From assembly GCA_900547685.1 (NCBI GenBank), contig URHS01000007.1, positions 137-64,136 on the forward strand: a DNA stretch of 64,000 bases, read 5' to 3'. Of this stretch, positions 16,638 through 27,472 are shown piece after piece. The first letter of the stretch is position 1. Each line of letters starts with the position of its first letter. The notes beneath the pieces are model-generated. The model was not told the origin of the DNA. It saw only the letters and a program-made list of their open reading frames with translations, and did not search any database. Position numbers and translations under genes: made by a program. Origin of the DNA: an uncultured Blautia sp. (GTDB lineage Bacteria; Bacillota; Clostridia; Lachnospirales; Lachnospiraceae).

Positions 16638-19600
16638 TTATAATTCTTCTATGGAAATTTTACTTCCTCCTTCCCCTGCCTTAGCAGGTTCAATGAGTAA
16701 ATGTACGGGAATACGGGATTTAATTTCTTCTACATGGGTAATAACGCCTACGCTTCGTTTTTTATTTCTTATTTTTTCTAAAGCTTCCATTACTACTTCT
16801 AAGCAATTCTCGTCTAATGTTCCAAATCCTTCATCTAAGAAAAACAGTTCCAAAGGCGCTGCCCCCTTCATCTGAATTTGTGAAGATAAAGCAAGAGCCA
16901 GAGCCAGCGAAGCCATAAAAGTTTCTCCTCCTGACAAAGTAGACGCAGGTCTTGACACCCCGCCGTTTTTATAGTCACGAATAATAAACGAGGTATTTTC
17001 ATCAATTTCCAAACCGTAAGTATTTCCTGTCATTTCTTTTAAGCTCACATCGGCTTCTCTTGCAATATGTTCTAAATAATAACGAGAAATATATTCGACA
17101 AAACGTTTTCCTCGAAACAGTCCTTCCAACTCAGAAAGAATATCCAGTTTATGACGAATTTTCTCCAAAATGAAAGAAACTTTTTCTTTTTCTTCCCATG
17201 CGACTTTCATTTGCTCCAGCTCTTTTCGTATTGCACCAAATCGTTTGTTTTCTTCTGTTGTTTCATGTTCCATTTTCTGTATTTCTTCTTCAAGTGAAAC
17301 AAATTCAGATTTGTCTATACGCTCTTTTTTCAGCTTTTTCTTAATTTGCTGAAGCTGTTCCTGCATACGGATTTTTTCTTTTTGAAAATTTTCAATCTTT
17401 TCTTTTATCTTAAATAATTTTTTTTCTTTTGTATAATATTTTTCAATATAATTCTCTTCTGTAACAGAACAGCTTTTCATTTTTTCCTGTAAAAGCTTAT
17501 GTTTTTGTAGACTGTCTTTTTGGGAAGCTTCTGCAAGAGCCTTTACGGCAGCTAACTTCTGGGCAACTTCTTTCTCTTTTACGGTAGCTTCCTCTAAAAC
17601 ATTTTTTGCATGTTCATATTGTTGATTTAATACAGCAATGGACAGTTCTGTTTCTTTTAATCTTTCAGAAATATTTTCTTCTGTTCCGGCTTTTTCTAAA
17701 ATTCTTCCTTTAATTTCCAGAAGCTTTTCTTCTGCTTGTTTCTGTAACAAAGAAGCTTTTGTCTGTGTGGTTGTCAAATCCTGAATGATACCCTCTCCTT
17801 TTTCCCGATTTTGTATACGGGCATCCAGTTTCTGCTCTAAAGATTCCAGACATTTTTGCATTTCTTCTCTTTTTCTGTTTTTTTCCTGTAAAGCTTCATA
17901 GGCTGCTTGAAAATCCTCAATTTTCACAGCCTGCTTTTGTTTTTCCAACTCTCTTTCTTTTTGAAGAACTTCCTTGTTTTCTGCTTCCCATTCCTGTTTC
18001 CTTTCAACGTAACGTTTTTGTAAGGTATCTATTTCTGTCTCTTTTTTAGCAGTTTTTGTTTGAAGACTTTGCAATTCTTCTGTAATTTGGGGACTAATTG
18101 ATAGATTTTCAAAAGCAATCTGCTCTTCCTGTTGTAATTGCGTTTTTAATCCTGCAATCGTTTCATGAACCTTTTGTATTTCTTTTTCTAATGTTTCTTT
18201 CTGCTTTTGCAGGGACAGAATATCGGCTTTCTGCGATAATGTCTGTGTTTTTTTATGATGAACGTTTCCACATACAGGACAGGGCATACCTTCTTCCAAG
18301 GAAGCCGCCAGAATAGCTGCCATATTTTCTACATAAAGCTGCTCCTGCGCTTCTTTTTTTTCTTGCAATTCTATTTGTTTTGCCTTTGCTTTTTCTATTT
18401 CGGAGGAAAGTTTTTCACATTTCTTTTTTTGTTCTTCCCACATTTTTTGAAGGTATTCTGCTTTTTCTGTTTCCTTTTCTTTTAAATGCTGTAAAAGTTC
18501 TTGCTTTTCTCTTTCTTTTTCAACTATATTTTTTTCGTCTGCTTTAAGGTTTTTTTCAAGGACGTTTCTTCTGTTTTTCTGTTGTGTTAAATCTCTGTTT
18601 TTTTGAAATCCATCCATAATCAGTTGCTGGATTTCTGATGAAACTGCTGTTTTTATAAGTTCCTGTTGAAGAGCTGTTTTCTGTAATTTTCTTGCCTCAA
18701 TATCTTGTATCAAGGCTTTCATTTTTTCCTGTGCATCCAATAGCTTTTCTGTTGTTTCTTCACTGTTTTTTTTCTGGATATAGAACCGGCTTTTCTGGAT
18801 ATCTCGTTCTTCTGTAAGTTTTACTGCCTCCAAAAGATTATTTTTTATTTGTTCGAGAACCGGCTTTTTCTCCTGTTTCATTTCTTCTGCTTTTTGAAAT
18901 GATTGCTGGGCAGAGACAAATACTTGCCTTTTTTCCATCCACTCTTCTGTAAGAACCGTAGTTTCTTGTGTATAACCTTTTTCTTTGGCAACATTTTCCC
19001 GATAATCGGAGAGATAAGGGAACAGTCCATTGGCAATTTCTGCTTTTTTAAAATTTTCCTGTAAGGCGTTTATTTCTTCTTGCTCTTTTGCAAGTAACTT
19101 TTCCTTTTCACAGGCTGCATCGTATTCTTCCCACAATAAAATTTGTCCCTTGCTGTCTTCTAGTTTTTCCCGCATTTTTTTTAAATCAGCTTGTTTTTTA
19201 GCCAAACTTTGCTCTAATTCTGTTTCTTTTTGCTCTAAATTTTGAATTGCCTCTGTTGTAACAGATTCATAACGGGAAAGCGCACCTTCCTTTTCTCTAC
19301 GTTTTCCTTCCCACTGTACAGCTTGTTCCTTTACCAGAAAAGCAAGACGTTCTCCGTATTTTTCCAAATGGAAAAGCCGTTCTAACATTTTATTTCTTTC
19401 CATACCTTCTAATTTTAAAAACTCAGAAAACTTTCCTTGGGGTAAAACTACTGTACGGAAAAAATCGTCTTTAGAAAGTCCCAGAACTTCTTGGCATTTC
19501 GCATTTACCGTTCCTACTCTGTCTGCTAAAATTACGGGTTCTATATCGGTAATATCGGCAAACTTCGCACTGTCACTGCGAATTCCCCCATCTTTTGTTC

Positions 19601-19883
19601 TTTTAAAGCTTCGAGCTACGAAATACTTATGAAACTGTTTTTCCTGTATAGAAAAAATATATTCCACATAAGCTTTATCTGTATTTACGTTAATGTAATT
19701 AGTACTGTTTCTGGAAGTAGTTCCATAAAGAGCCAGTGTCATGCAGTCTAAAATACTGGTTTTTCCACTTCCTGTAGGACCGAAAATCCCAAAGAGCCCC
19801 TGACTGGTCAGTTTCTCAAAATCGATTTCCTGAACCTCTAAAAAACTATTTAATCCCTTCATTTTCATGGAAATCGGTTTCAT
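16638..19883 (-). CDS. sbcC: SMC-like nuclease ATPase subunit SbcC
   Basis: GPTGSGKT, coiled coils, CPVCG hook, LSGGE, LDEGFG. Confidence 0.95.
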   Translation of the reverse strand: MKPISMKMKGLNSFLEVQEIDFEKLTSQGLFGIFGPTGSGKTSILDCMTLALYGTTSRNSTNYINVNTDKAYVEYIFSIQEKQFHKYFVARSFKRTKDGGIRSDSAKFADITDIEPVILADRVGTVNAKCQEVLGLSKDDFFRTVVLPQGKFSEFLKLEGMERNKMLERLFHLEKYGERLAFLVKEQAVQWEGKRREKEGALSRYESVTTEAIQNLEQKETELEQSLAKKQADLKKMREKLEDSKGQILLWEEYDAACEKEKLLAKEQEEINALQENFKKAEIANGLFPYLSDYRENVAKEKGYTQETTVLTEEWMEKRQVFVSAQQSFQKAEEMKQEKKPVLEQIKNNLLEAVKLTEERDIQKSRFYIQKKNSEETTEKLLDAQEKMKALIQDIEARKLQKTALQQELIKTAVSSEIQQLIMDGFQKNRDLTQQKNRRNVLEKNLKADEKNIVEKEREKQELLQHLKEKETEKAEYLQKMWEEQKKKCEKLSSEIEKAKAKQIELQEKKEAQEQLYVENMAAILAASLEEGMPCPVCGNVHHKKTQTLSQKADILSLQKQKETLEKEIQKVHETIAGLKTQLQQEEQIAFENLSISPQITEELQSLQTKTAKKETEIDTLQKRYVERKQEWEAENKEVLQKERELEKQKQAVKIEDFQAAYEALQEKNRKREEMQKCLESLEQKLDARIQNREKGEGIIQDLTTTQTKASLLQKQAEEKLLEIKGRILEKAGTEENISERLKETELSIAVLNQQYEHAKNVLEEATVKEKEVAQKLAAVKALAEASQKDSLQKHKLLQEKMKSCSVTEENYIEKYYTKEKKLFKIKEKIENFQKEKIRMQEQLQQIKKKLKKERIDKSEFVSLEEEIQKMEHETTEENKRFGAIRKELEQMKVAWEEKEKVSFILEKIRHKLDILSELEGLFRGKRFVEYISRYYLEHIAREADVSLKEMTGNTYGLEIDENTSFIIRDYKNGGVSRPASTLSGGETFMASLALALALSSQIQMKGAAPLELFFLDEGFGTLDENCLEVVMEALEKIRNKKRSVGVITHVEEIKSRIPVHLLIEPAKAGEGGSKISIEEL

Positions 19884-21087
19884 TTTCGTCCTCCTTTTTT
19901 AAGATTTCCTGTAAAGTTTCTAAAATTTCCTCTTCAGGCAAAACCCCTTTCTTTTCCTGATAATAATCTAAAAATAACTCCAAAAAACTCTTTTCTGTAA
20001 AAACAGTTCTCGTCTTTTTTTGTTCTGTTTCAGGAAAAATAGGGATGACTTCTAAGATATCTTCTTTATAACTTTTTAATTCTTTTAACTGTTCTTCCCG
20101 GATATAGGTATCTGTATAAATCTGCAAATATACATAACAAGGACGGTTTTGATTTTCCTCACATTTTTTCAGTGCTTCTTCATAATTTTTACAAACCCAT
20201 TTTTCAATAGGCTTTGGATTGTCAAAATAAAATTCCTTTACTACGGCTTCTTCCTGAGGATGTAAAGTGACAAGAGAACATTGTTTTGCAATCACTGTTT
20301 CCTGCAAACGATAAGGTAAAGGTGAGCCACTATAGCGAATTCTTCCATGACTTCCTATGACTTTTTGTGGTCTGTGTACATGCCCCAAAGCTACATACTG
20401 GGCTTTTTCAGGAAATACTTCAGGAGAAAGCAAATAGCTGTTCCCCAACATCATTCCCTGTTCTGAACCATCTTTTTTGCAGCCTAAAGTAAAAACATGG
20501 CTTACCAGTACGTTTATGGTATCTTCTTTATACCAACTTGCTTTCTTTTGAAACAATTCTCCTATTTTTTCTGCATAATCTGCTGCCCGTTTCTCATCAC
20601 TGTCTTCTTCCCGATACAAGACTTCATTTAATGTTTTTTCACTGACATAGGGAATGCAAGCAAAAACCGCTTTTTCACCTTTACAGGAAAAAGAAAATAC
20701 ACCTTCTTCTAAAGACTCTATTTCAAAATTTCCGTATTTACCGGAAGGAATTTTAGTTCGAGGTGTCCCATAAATAATAATACCATGCTCCCTTGCCAGC
20801 GGAACAATGGCTTCCAGACGGGAGGGCTGATCATGGTTTCCTGCAATCAAAACCACCAGCCGCTGTCCTTGTCTGCTTAATTCTTTTAATGTATGGTATA
20901 AAAGCATTTCTGCGCCTGCAGAAGGATGCCCATTATCAAATACATCTCCGGCAATACAGACAACGTCTGCATTGGTTGCGTCTGCAATGGAAACAAATTG
21001 TTCCAAAACAACCCGTTGTTCCTCCAGCCTGCTTTTTCCTTCCAGAAGTTTTCCGATATGCCAGTCTGCGGTGTGTAATATTTTCAT
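19846..21087 (-). CDS. sbcD: Nuclease subunit SbcD
   Basis: HTADWHIG, AGDVFD, GNHD, LGHVH, YSGSP. Confidence 0.95.
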   Translation of the reverse strand: MKILHTADWHIGKLLEGKSRLEEQRVVLEQFVSIADATNADVVCIAGDVFDNGHPSAGAEMLLYHTLKELSRQGQRLVVLIAGNHDQPSRLEAIVPLAREHGIIIYGTPRTKIPSGKYGNFEIESLEEGVFSFSCKGEKAVFACIPYVSEKTLNEVLYREEDSDEKRAADYAEKIGELFQKKASWYKEDTINVLVSHVFTLGCKKDGSEQGMMLGNSYLLSPEVFPEKAQYVALGHVHRPQKVIGSHGRIRYSGSPLPYRLQETVIAKQCSLVTLHPQEEAVVKEFYFDNPKPIEKWVCKNYEEALKKCEENQNRPCYVYLQIYTDTYIREEQLKELKSYKEDILEVIPIFPETEQKKTRTVFTEKSFLELFLDYYQEKKGVLPEEEILETLQEILKKEDENETDFHENEGIK

Positions 21088-21234
21088 AAAATAAACCTGC
21101 TGCTTTCTATACTGTATTCTTCTCCTATTCTAACATTTGCCGGAAAGGAAAAAAAGAGTATAATGATTTTTTTCAGAAAAGATGGTATAATGGGAAAGCA
21201 AATGAAATTTGAGATAAGAAAGTGAGATGCAAAA

Positions 21235-22008
21235 ATGAAAAATGATTTATTTTCCATAGGACCTCTTACCATACACAGTTATGGTTTAATGATTGCTTTA
21301 GGTATTTTGGTTTGTGTTTTCATGGGAATGTATCGGGCAAGAAAGTATGGGTACAAAGATGAGGCTGTTTTAGACATTGCTATTTTGGGTATTTTAAGCG
21401 GCTTTGTCGGGGCAAAACTATTATATGTTTTTGTAGAATTTGACCGTTTTCTGGCAAACCCCATGGACGTATTAGGCTCAGAAGGATTTGTGGTTTACGG
21501 AGGAATTATTGTAGGTGCTTTGGCAGGAATTCTTTACTGTCGTATAAAAAAATTACCTTGTTGGGAATATTTCGATTTATTAGCACCATCCATTGCCATT
21601 GCTCAAGGATTTGGAAGGATTGGCTGTTTCCTTGCAGGCTGCTGCTATGGAAGACCAACCGATGCCTTTTTGGGGGTAACATTTCCGGAAGGAAGTTTTG
21701 CGCCGGCAGGTGTTCCTCTTATCCCCACACAGCTTATTTCTTCAGCAGGAGATTTCATCATTACAGGTATTTTGCTTATCTACAGTAAACATAATAAGAA
21801 AGCCGGAAATGTTGGTATTCTTTATATGCTGCTTTACGGAATTGGCAGATTTCTTGTGGAATGTTTAAGAAGTGATGACAGAGGAACCGTTGGACTTCTT
21901 TCTACCTCACAGTTTATTTCCATTGGGATTGTAATTTTGGCAATTATACTGTTTTTCAGACATAAAATTTTCAAAAATACCAAAAAAGAAAATATCGAAG
22001 AAGCATAA
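21235..22008 (+). CDS. lgt: Prolipoprotein diacylglyceryl transferase
   Basis: YGGI, GRIGCFLAGCCYG, RFLVE.LR. Confidence 0.93.
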   Translation: MKNDLFSIGPLTIHSYGLMIALGILVCVFMGMYRARKYGYKDEAVLDIAILGILSGFVGAKLLYVFVEFDRFLANPMDVLGSEGFVVYGGIIVGALAGILYCRIKKLPCWEYFDLLAPSIAIAQGFGRIGCFLAGCCYGRPTDAFLGVTFPEGSFAPAGVPLIPTQLISSAGDFIITGILLIYSKHNKKAGNVGILYMLLYGIGRFLVECLRSDDRGTVGLLSTSQFISIGIVILAIILFFRHKIFKNTKKENIEEA

Positions 22009-22012
22009 TAAA

Positions 22013-22049
22013 TAGGGAGATAAATCGATTTTTTTCGGTCTATCTCCTT
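22013..22049. terminator. Bidirectional terminator between convergent genes
   Basis: AGGGAGATA...TATCTCCTT imperfect inverted repeat. Confidence 0.6.
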
Positions 22050-22054
22050 ACTTT

Positions 22055-22717
22055 TTATAAAAATCTTTTTTTCATTTCTTTTAGTCTAAAGTAAAACTGA
22101 GAATAAAAATCCTGTTCGATTTCATAAGGCATAATATAAAAAAGCTGCAAAAGCTGAACAGAAAACTGTTTTGATAAAGTTTCGTCTTGTGCTTTTTCCA
22201 AAAGTTCCTGTATTTCTTTTAAAAAATAATGCCAGTCTTTTACAAAAGTTTCGTATTTGTGAATATCTACGATTCCCAGCCATTTTTGGATTTTTACCTT
22301 TGTCTTTGGTTCCTGCGGACATTCCTTGATCTGAAGAAAATATTGAAAATCATTATTTTCATAAATTCTCCCAAGAGGAAACATACGGCAAAAGCCTGGG
22401 CGAAAGCCGTGAATAGAACATCTTCCCTGTTCATTTAAAAAACTGCATTTTTCTTCTGCACCGGTCATCTTTAGATTGGGAAGAATAATCCCCTCTGCTA
22501 CCTGTAATTCTATTGCATAAGATAACAGTTCTTCAAAACTCTGCTTTAAATTTTCTGTTAAAAGGTACACATCATAAGGATCTAAAACAATAGAATGTCC
22601 CATACCCTGACAGCATTTAGAACAGCCTTTGCAATCATTGCAGCCGGCTTTTACCATATCCTTATGTCCATATCGTTTTCCATCAGAAATTTCAGATAAA
22701 TCAATTTCTCTTATCAT
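22055..22717 (-). CDS. YkgJ-family cysteine cluster protein
   Basis: C..CS.CC, CSFL...GRCSIH..RP..CRMFP. Confidence 0.88.
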   Translation of the reverse strand: MIREIDLSEISDGKRYGHKDMVKAGCNDCKGCSKCCQGMGHSIVLDPYDVYLLTENLKQSFEELLSYAIELQVAEGIILPNLKMTGAEEKCSFLNEQGRCSIHGFRPGFCRMFPLGRIYENNDFQYFLQIKECPQEPKTKVKIQKWLGIVDIHKYETFVKDWHYFLKEIQELLEKAQDETLSKQFSVQLLQLFYIMPYEIEQDFYSQFYFRLKEMKKRFL

Positions 22718-24749
22718 GGTTTTCTTCCTCCCATTGGTACATATACAGTTCGTGCAATGCTCTGGTGGCACAAATATACCCTGCCTGTTTCAGAAGCGGC
22801 GTATTTCTTTTCTCGGAAATTCCAAATACCTGATCAAATTCCAAACCCTTTGCCAGATAGAAAGTAGTGACCGTAAGTCCTTTTTGAAATGTAGAGCTGT
22901 CTTTATCAATATAAAAAGTCTGAGGAAATTTCTCTTTTAAATATTGATAGGCAAAAACAGCCTCTTCCTCTGTGGTGGTAATGACCGCTGCTGTTTCATA
23001 TTCGTTCTCCTGAAGCTTTAAGTTTTTCAGCGCTTCATCCAGAATCTCTGTCAGAGCAGAAAAAGTCTTTTCTTCTACGGGTCTTCCATGACGCTCAAAT
23101 AATTCTACATCCTGTACATTGGTAATTTTGTTCGCATAAGATGCGATTTCCACTGTATTGCGATAACTTTTATTCATATAAATAACACGTATCTGTTTTC
23201 CATAGATTTCCGGTAAAAATTCTAATACATCTTGCACTTCTGCTTCCATAGTCTGTGCTTTGTCACCTAAAATCGTCATTGGACAATGAAACAGTTCTTT
23301 TAAAATGATATACTGCACATAAGAATAATCCTGCATTTCATCAATAACCAAATGCTTCACTGCTTTTTGCTGTGTGGAAGAAAACAGACGATATTTTAAA
23401 TAAAGCATGGGATATACATCTTCATAAGGCAATAATCGTCTTTCATAAGAACAGTATGGCAGGGGAGTGAAACCAAAGGATTTTAAAAAACGGTTATATA
23501 AAACATACAAATCTTTTGTTTCGTACATTTTCATGAATTTCCCGTAAAGCATATCCCGTTCTTCTTCCGGTAACGTACAGTCTTTTAAAGTTTCATATTC
23601 GTCTATAAAATATTCCAACACTGCTTCCATTCTGGAAAGAAGAGGGATATCCTGAAATTTAAAATAAAATAAATTTAAAATTTCCTGTTCTGTTTTCTCA
23701 AACCCTCTGTACTCTATCGTCTGAAAATTCATAAGCTCGTCTTCTAATTCTAAAAGAAAAGCTTCCACTTCATCAAGAAAATCTTTTGACTGTTTCCAGC
23801 GCATTCTTTTTATCTGCTGTTCGTCTGCAAAAGCAAGCTCTCTTTCAATCTGATGATATCGGTCTTCACAGTCATAAACAAAGGATTTTAACTCTTTATA
23901 GGCATATAAATCAAAGCTCATTTCCTGAATATTTTCTTCCCCCAGTTCAGGGAGAATATGAGAAATATAATCAGAAAAAACACTGTTGGGAGATAAGACC
24001 AAAATATTAGAGGATTTTAAATGTTCCCTGTCATGATATAAAAGATACGCAATACGATGAAGAGCCACAGATGTTTTACCACTTCCTGCCGCCCCTTGAA
24101 TAACCATAATTTTATCTTTTGTATTTCGAATAATGGCATTTTGTTCTTTCTGAATCGTTCGTACAATATTTTTAAGCTGCACATCTCCGTTACTTCCTAA
24201 TTCAGCTTTTAAAATATCATCATCAATTTTTACATCACTTTCAAATTCATAAACCAGTTTTCCATGACGGATTTTATATTGCCATTTTGAAGTGATTTCT
24301 CCGTGTAAAATACCTGCCGGTGCGTTATAGCTGGCAGCGCCTTTGTCATAATCATAAAATAAACCGCTTACCGGTGCTCTCCAGTCATAGATCAAAGGAA
24401 CCTGTCCTGTTTTTTCAGAAAAGTTTCCAATTCCAATATAAAACTGTTCCGGTTCTTCTTCCCCTTCGTAACAGAAATCAACTCTTCCGAAAAAAGGAGA
24501 GTCTATCATTTTCTCCAGACGCTGCCGATAAACAAGCTGTTCTTGGTTAGCATTTACCTGTTGAAAAAGCGCCTGCTGGTTATCAAAATTTTCATACCCA
24601 TACTGGTCCATCTCTGTATAATTGTCCCAATAATAAGTATGCATACTTTCAATTTCTTTTTGTCCCTCAGAGAGTACATAATTGACTTCTTGAATTTTAT
24701 GTTTCAGTTTTTCGTTAATAAGCGTTAAAAATTCCGTTCCCTGACTCAT
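22701..24749 (-). CDS. HelD-like SF1 helicase-family ATPase
   Basis: PFFGRVDF, DWRAP, IVRTIQKEQN, GAAGSGKTSVALHR, DEMQD, KGLEFD, TRALH. Confidence 0.88.
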   Translation of the reverse strand: MSQGTEFLTLINEKLKHKIQEVNYVLSEGQKEIESMHTYYWDNYTEMDQYGYENFDNQQALFQQVNANQEQLVYRQRLEKMIDSPFFGRVDFCYEGEEEPEQFYIGIGNFSEKTGQVPLIYDWRAPVSGLFYDYDKGAASYNAPAGILHGEITSKWQYKIRHGKLVYEFESDVKIDDDILKAELGSNGDVQLKNIVRTIQKEQNAIIRNTKDKIMVIQGAAGSGKTSVALHRIAYLLYHDREHLKSSNILVLSPNSVFSDYISHILPELGEENIQEMSFDLYAYKELKSFVYDCEDRYHQIERELAFADEQQIKRMRWKQSKDFLDEVEAFLLELEDELMNFQTIEYRGFEKTEQEILNLFYFKFQDIPLLSRMEAVLEYFIDEYETLKDCTLPEEERDMLYGKFMKMYETKDLYVLYNRFLKSFGFTPLPYCSYERRLLPYEDVYPMLYLKYRLFSSTQQKAVKHLVIDEMQDYSYVQYIILKELFHCPMTILGDKAQTMEAEVQDVLEFLPEIYGKQIRVIYMNKSYRNTVEIASYANKITNVQDVELFERHGRPVEEKTFSALTEILDEALKNLKLQENEYETAAVITTTEEEAVFAYQYLKEKFPQTFYIDKDSSTFQKGLTVTTFYLAKGLEFDQVFGISEKRNTPLLKQAGYICATRALHELYMYQWEEENHDKRN

Positions 24750-24881
24750 AGATATTCTCCATAATTTTAAATTTATCAAAAATATTATTATAGCATAGGA
24801 TACAGAGTACGTCATCTGTCTTCCGAGATTTTTATAAAATTATTTGCACATGGTTAATCACTTCCACATATTATTTAGAAA

Positions 24882-25409
24882 TTATTCGGGTTGAATTAAA
24901 ACAAGTTCAGCCAATTTTCCTTTCTTTGGATTACTCTTATCAAACATATATGTAGCCAAATATTCTTTACTATTAACTTCAATCATATTCATAAAGAAAT
25001 CCGGAGCATATAACTCAATTTCCATTTTTATATCACCTTGTGTGTTTATGACTGTAATTGTACTGTTTTCAGGATTAATACTCTCCACAGTTACAGGCAC
25101 TATAGCTACGGAATTCTGACCTTGTGCATGAAAACCTCCCATTTGTAAAAGTAATAGGATAACAAGCAACACTGCAAACCATTTATCGCTCATACATGCC
25201 TTTTTCTGAATGATTTTCTTTATTATGGCAATAATCCAGATAACAGTGGCAAATATACAAATCAGAGGAATTGCAGAACTTAATTCATGAATTCTATAAC
25301 TTATTAAAGAATAAATTCCATAAAAAGCAAATTCCTCTTGAATAAAAAAGAATCCCCATAATAGTAAACCGATAAATATTCCAATAATTCTTTTCACACC
25401 TTTATTCAT
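24882..25409 (-). CDS. Hypothetical membrane protein
   Basis: About three TM segments, AT-rich. Confidence 0.7.
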   Translation of the reverse strand: MNKGVKRIIGIFIGLLLWGFFFIQEEFAFYGIYSLISYRIHELSSAIPLICIFATVIWIIAIIKKIIQKKACMSDKWFAVLLVILLLLQMGGFHAQGQNSVAIVPVTVESINPENSTITVINTQGDIKMEIELYAPDFFMNMIEVNSKEYLATYMFDKSNPKKGKLAELVLIQPE

Positions 25410-25433
25410 ATTCTACCTTCTAAACGAACATGG

Positions 25434-25643
25434 TTATTTCACCATTGAAAGTATCGCAAAAATCGTACAAAAAATAGCTGCTATTAGAAGAAAAGTACCT
25501 CCTGTTCTCATAAAAGCAATATACCAATCAGAAGGCTCACCATTTTTTACTGTGAGAAAATGTTCAATTTTCCAAAGTATTTCCGGTTTAGCAATCATCA
25601 TAATACTAAGAATATATAAGAAAACAATCCACCAATAATCCAT
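25434..25643 (-). CDS. Small two-TM membrane protein (DUF6199-like)
   Basis: KPE.LW......VKNGEPSD......R..G pattern; RBS GAAAGGAG. Confidence 0.7.
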   Translation of the reverse strand: MDYWWIVFLYILSIMMIAKPEILWKIEHFLTVKNGEPSDWYIAFMRTGGTFLLIAAIFCTIFAILSMVK

Positions 25644-25822
25644 ATAGTTAAATCTCCTTTCTGGTTATTTTACAACTTTTCATTTTCTATGATTTTGTGA
25701 TAAAAAAATTATATCATGAATAAGACAACACCGCATCACTTTCCAAAATAAAAATAACCAAAAAAGAGACTAACCATTTACGGATTAGCCTCCTTAGCCA
25801 AAGTCAAAATCACCTGACTTTT

Positions 25823-26122
25823 TTATTCATAATCTAAACATGCTCTCTCTGTTACATAAGGGCGAACATAAGTATCCGCTACCTTTACATGTTCCGGATG
25901 TGAGCCATATACAGCTACATCTTCTGCTTTTTCAAGAGTTGTCACCAACGCCATATCATGTGTGCTGGATGATAATGGTTCTTCTACAAATTCTACTGTC
26001 AGAAGTCCTGGTACTTTTCCTACTAAACTCTTTAAATTCTCAGCCATTGCTTTTTTAAGTGCCGGTTTTTCAGACTCCTGAATTTCCGGTTTAAATTTCC
26101 ACATAACAATATGATGTACCAT
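25823..26122 (-). CDS. Dabb-family (stress-responsive A/B barrel) protein
   Basis: MVHHIVMWK...Y..HPEH...R.CLDYE. Confidence 0.9.
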   Translation of the reverse strand: MVHHIVMWKFKPEIQESEKPALKKAMAENLKSLVGKVPGLLTVEFVEEPLSSSTHDMALVTTLEKAEDVAVYGSHPEHVKVADTYVRPYVTERACLDYE

Positions 26123-26160
26123 ATTATATTTTCCTCCTTATAACCGTTAAATATAGCTTT

Positions 26161-26189
26161 ATTTTAGCTTTGCTATTTCACCTTGTCAA
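26161..26189 (-). promoter_or_regulatory. SigA promoter for the Dabb gene
   Basis: TTGACA-17-TAAAAT. Confidence 0.65.
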
Positions 26190-26196
26190 CGGCTTT

Positions 26197-27252
26197 TTAG
26201 TTCTGCATGGCAGGTTCACTGATTTTTGAAACAGAGTGCTGAAAGACACGATTAAAAAGTAATCCATAGACAGCACCCAGCATATTATTAAAAATTCGGA
26301 AAAATACAGCTCCCGGCACACCTAAAATGCTTACGGCAATTGCCATAGCTCCAAAAGAATTAAAGACCGCCTGCCAACCATAAGTAGCAGATAATCCAAC
26401 ACCAATTCCTCCCACTACACCGATATAAGGATAGAAAGCTTCCGGTAAAATCGGATAAACCAGTAAAAATACAATTCCTCCTACCAAATTTCCCGGAATT
26501 CTTCCTTTTACTCTGGTCTTTACGTCTTCGTGGAAAGGAAGAATCACAGACATTGCTGCAATTCCTGCCCACATTGCCCTTGGAATATCTAATAAACCTG
26601 CTAAAAGTATCACAGTGGATACCCCAAAAGTAACAGAAAGCTGCCATCTGGTCCTCATAGAATGTAAATCAAATTCACGAAGAAGATCCTTCCAGTTTCG
26701 CTTATAAGTTACGTGTTTATGATTGCGATAAAATACGATTCCTGTAAGTACTGCGCCTACTGCAAGACCTGCAAGACGCAAAAGATACATTCTACCTGTA
26801 ACGTCATAACCATATAAGAGTAAATACCCTAAAACTAAAGTAGAGTGGTTTCCCATAATAACATTATGGCAACCTAAAAGCATTAGAATAAAAATACATA
26901 CTAAATTTACAAGTAACTCTGTAAAAAGTCCTCCCATATTTGCCAACCTGGGGCCAAAAGCTAAAATACCGAAGATAATGAAAAGGGAACTAAGACCGTG
27001 AGGGGTATAAATACCAAAATCTGCAAATCGAAACACCATAATACATAATAAAATTACAACACCTACAACACTGTTTGCATCACCGAAAATTTTACTGTAC
27101 CCAATTACAAAAGCCATGCAGAATACCATAGTAATAAAAATCTTAAACAAATAAATAGCGGTATGTCTTAATTTTTCCTTACCGGTCAGAGAACTTTTAA
27201 TTACGGCTTTAGATCCTGCCTGATTAAGTTGTAATTCCTGATAAATTGTCAT
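26197..27252 (-). CDS. FUSC-family membrane protein
   Basis: Multi-TM; AMWAGIAAMSV...R..G...G motif. Confidence 0.78.
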   Translation of the reverse strand: MTIYQELQLNQAGSKAVIKSSLTGKEKLRHTAIYLFKIFITMVFCMAFVIGYSKIFGDANSVVGVVILLCIMVFRFADFGIYTPHGLSSLFIIFGILAFGPRLANMGGLFTELLVNLVCIFILMLLGCHNVIMGNHSTLVLGYLLLYGYDVTGRMYLLRLAGLAVGAVLTGIVFYRNHKHVTYKRNWKDLLREFDLHSMRTRWQLSVTFGVSTVILLAGLLDIPRAMWAGIAAMSVILPFHEDVKTRVKGRIPGNLVGGIVFLLVYPILPEAFYPYIGVVGGIGVGLSATYGWQAVFNSFGAMAIAVSILGVPGAVFFRIFNNMLGAVYGLLFNRVFQHSVSKISEPAMQN

Positions 27253-27298
27253 AAAATGACTCCCGTCCTTCCTATATAATTTTACTTAGCGGGGAGGC

Positions 27299-27327
27299 AT
27301 TATACCATCAGAAATTATGTTTGTCAA
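27299..27327 (-). promoter_or_regulatory. Consensus SigA promoter for the FUSC gene
   Basis: TTGACA-17-TATAAT with TG extension. Confidence 0.8.
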
Positions 27328-27346
27328 ATTTTTTATTGGAAAACAG

Positions 27347-27376
27347 TTGACAAATAACAAGTCCATCTACTATAAT
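27347..27376 (+). promoter_or_regulatory. SigA promoter for ilvBN
   Basis: TTGACA-18-TATAAT. Confidence 0.75.
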
Positions 27377-27404
27377 ACAAATAACTTTAACAAATTATAG
27401 TAAT

Positions 27405-27472
27405 AAAATGCAGTGACAGGAAAAGGATAAACGATATCTTCGCCCTAAGCAATCCGGCTTGGGGCGTTTTTT
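27405..27472 (+). promoter_or_regulatory. ilvB leader terminator, probable internally deleted T-box remnant
   Basis: AAATGCAGTGACAGGAAAAG then CGCCCTAAGC-N6-GCTTGGGGCG-TTTTTT; no TGGNACC T-box bulge. Confidence 0.55.
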
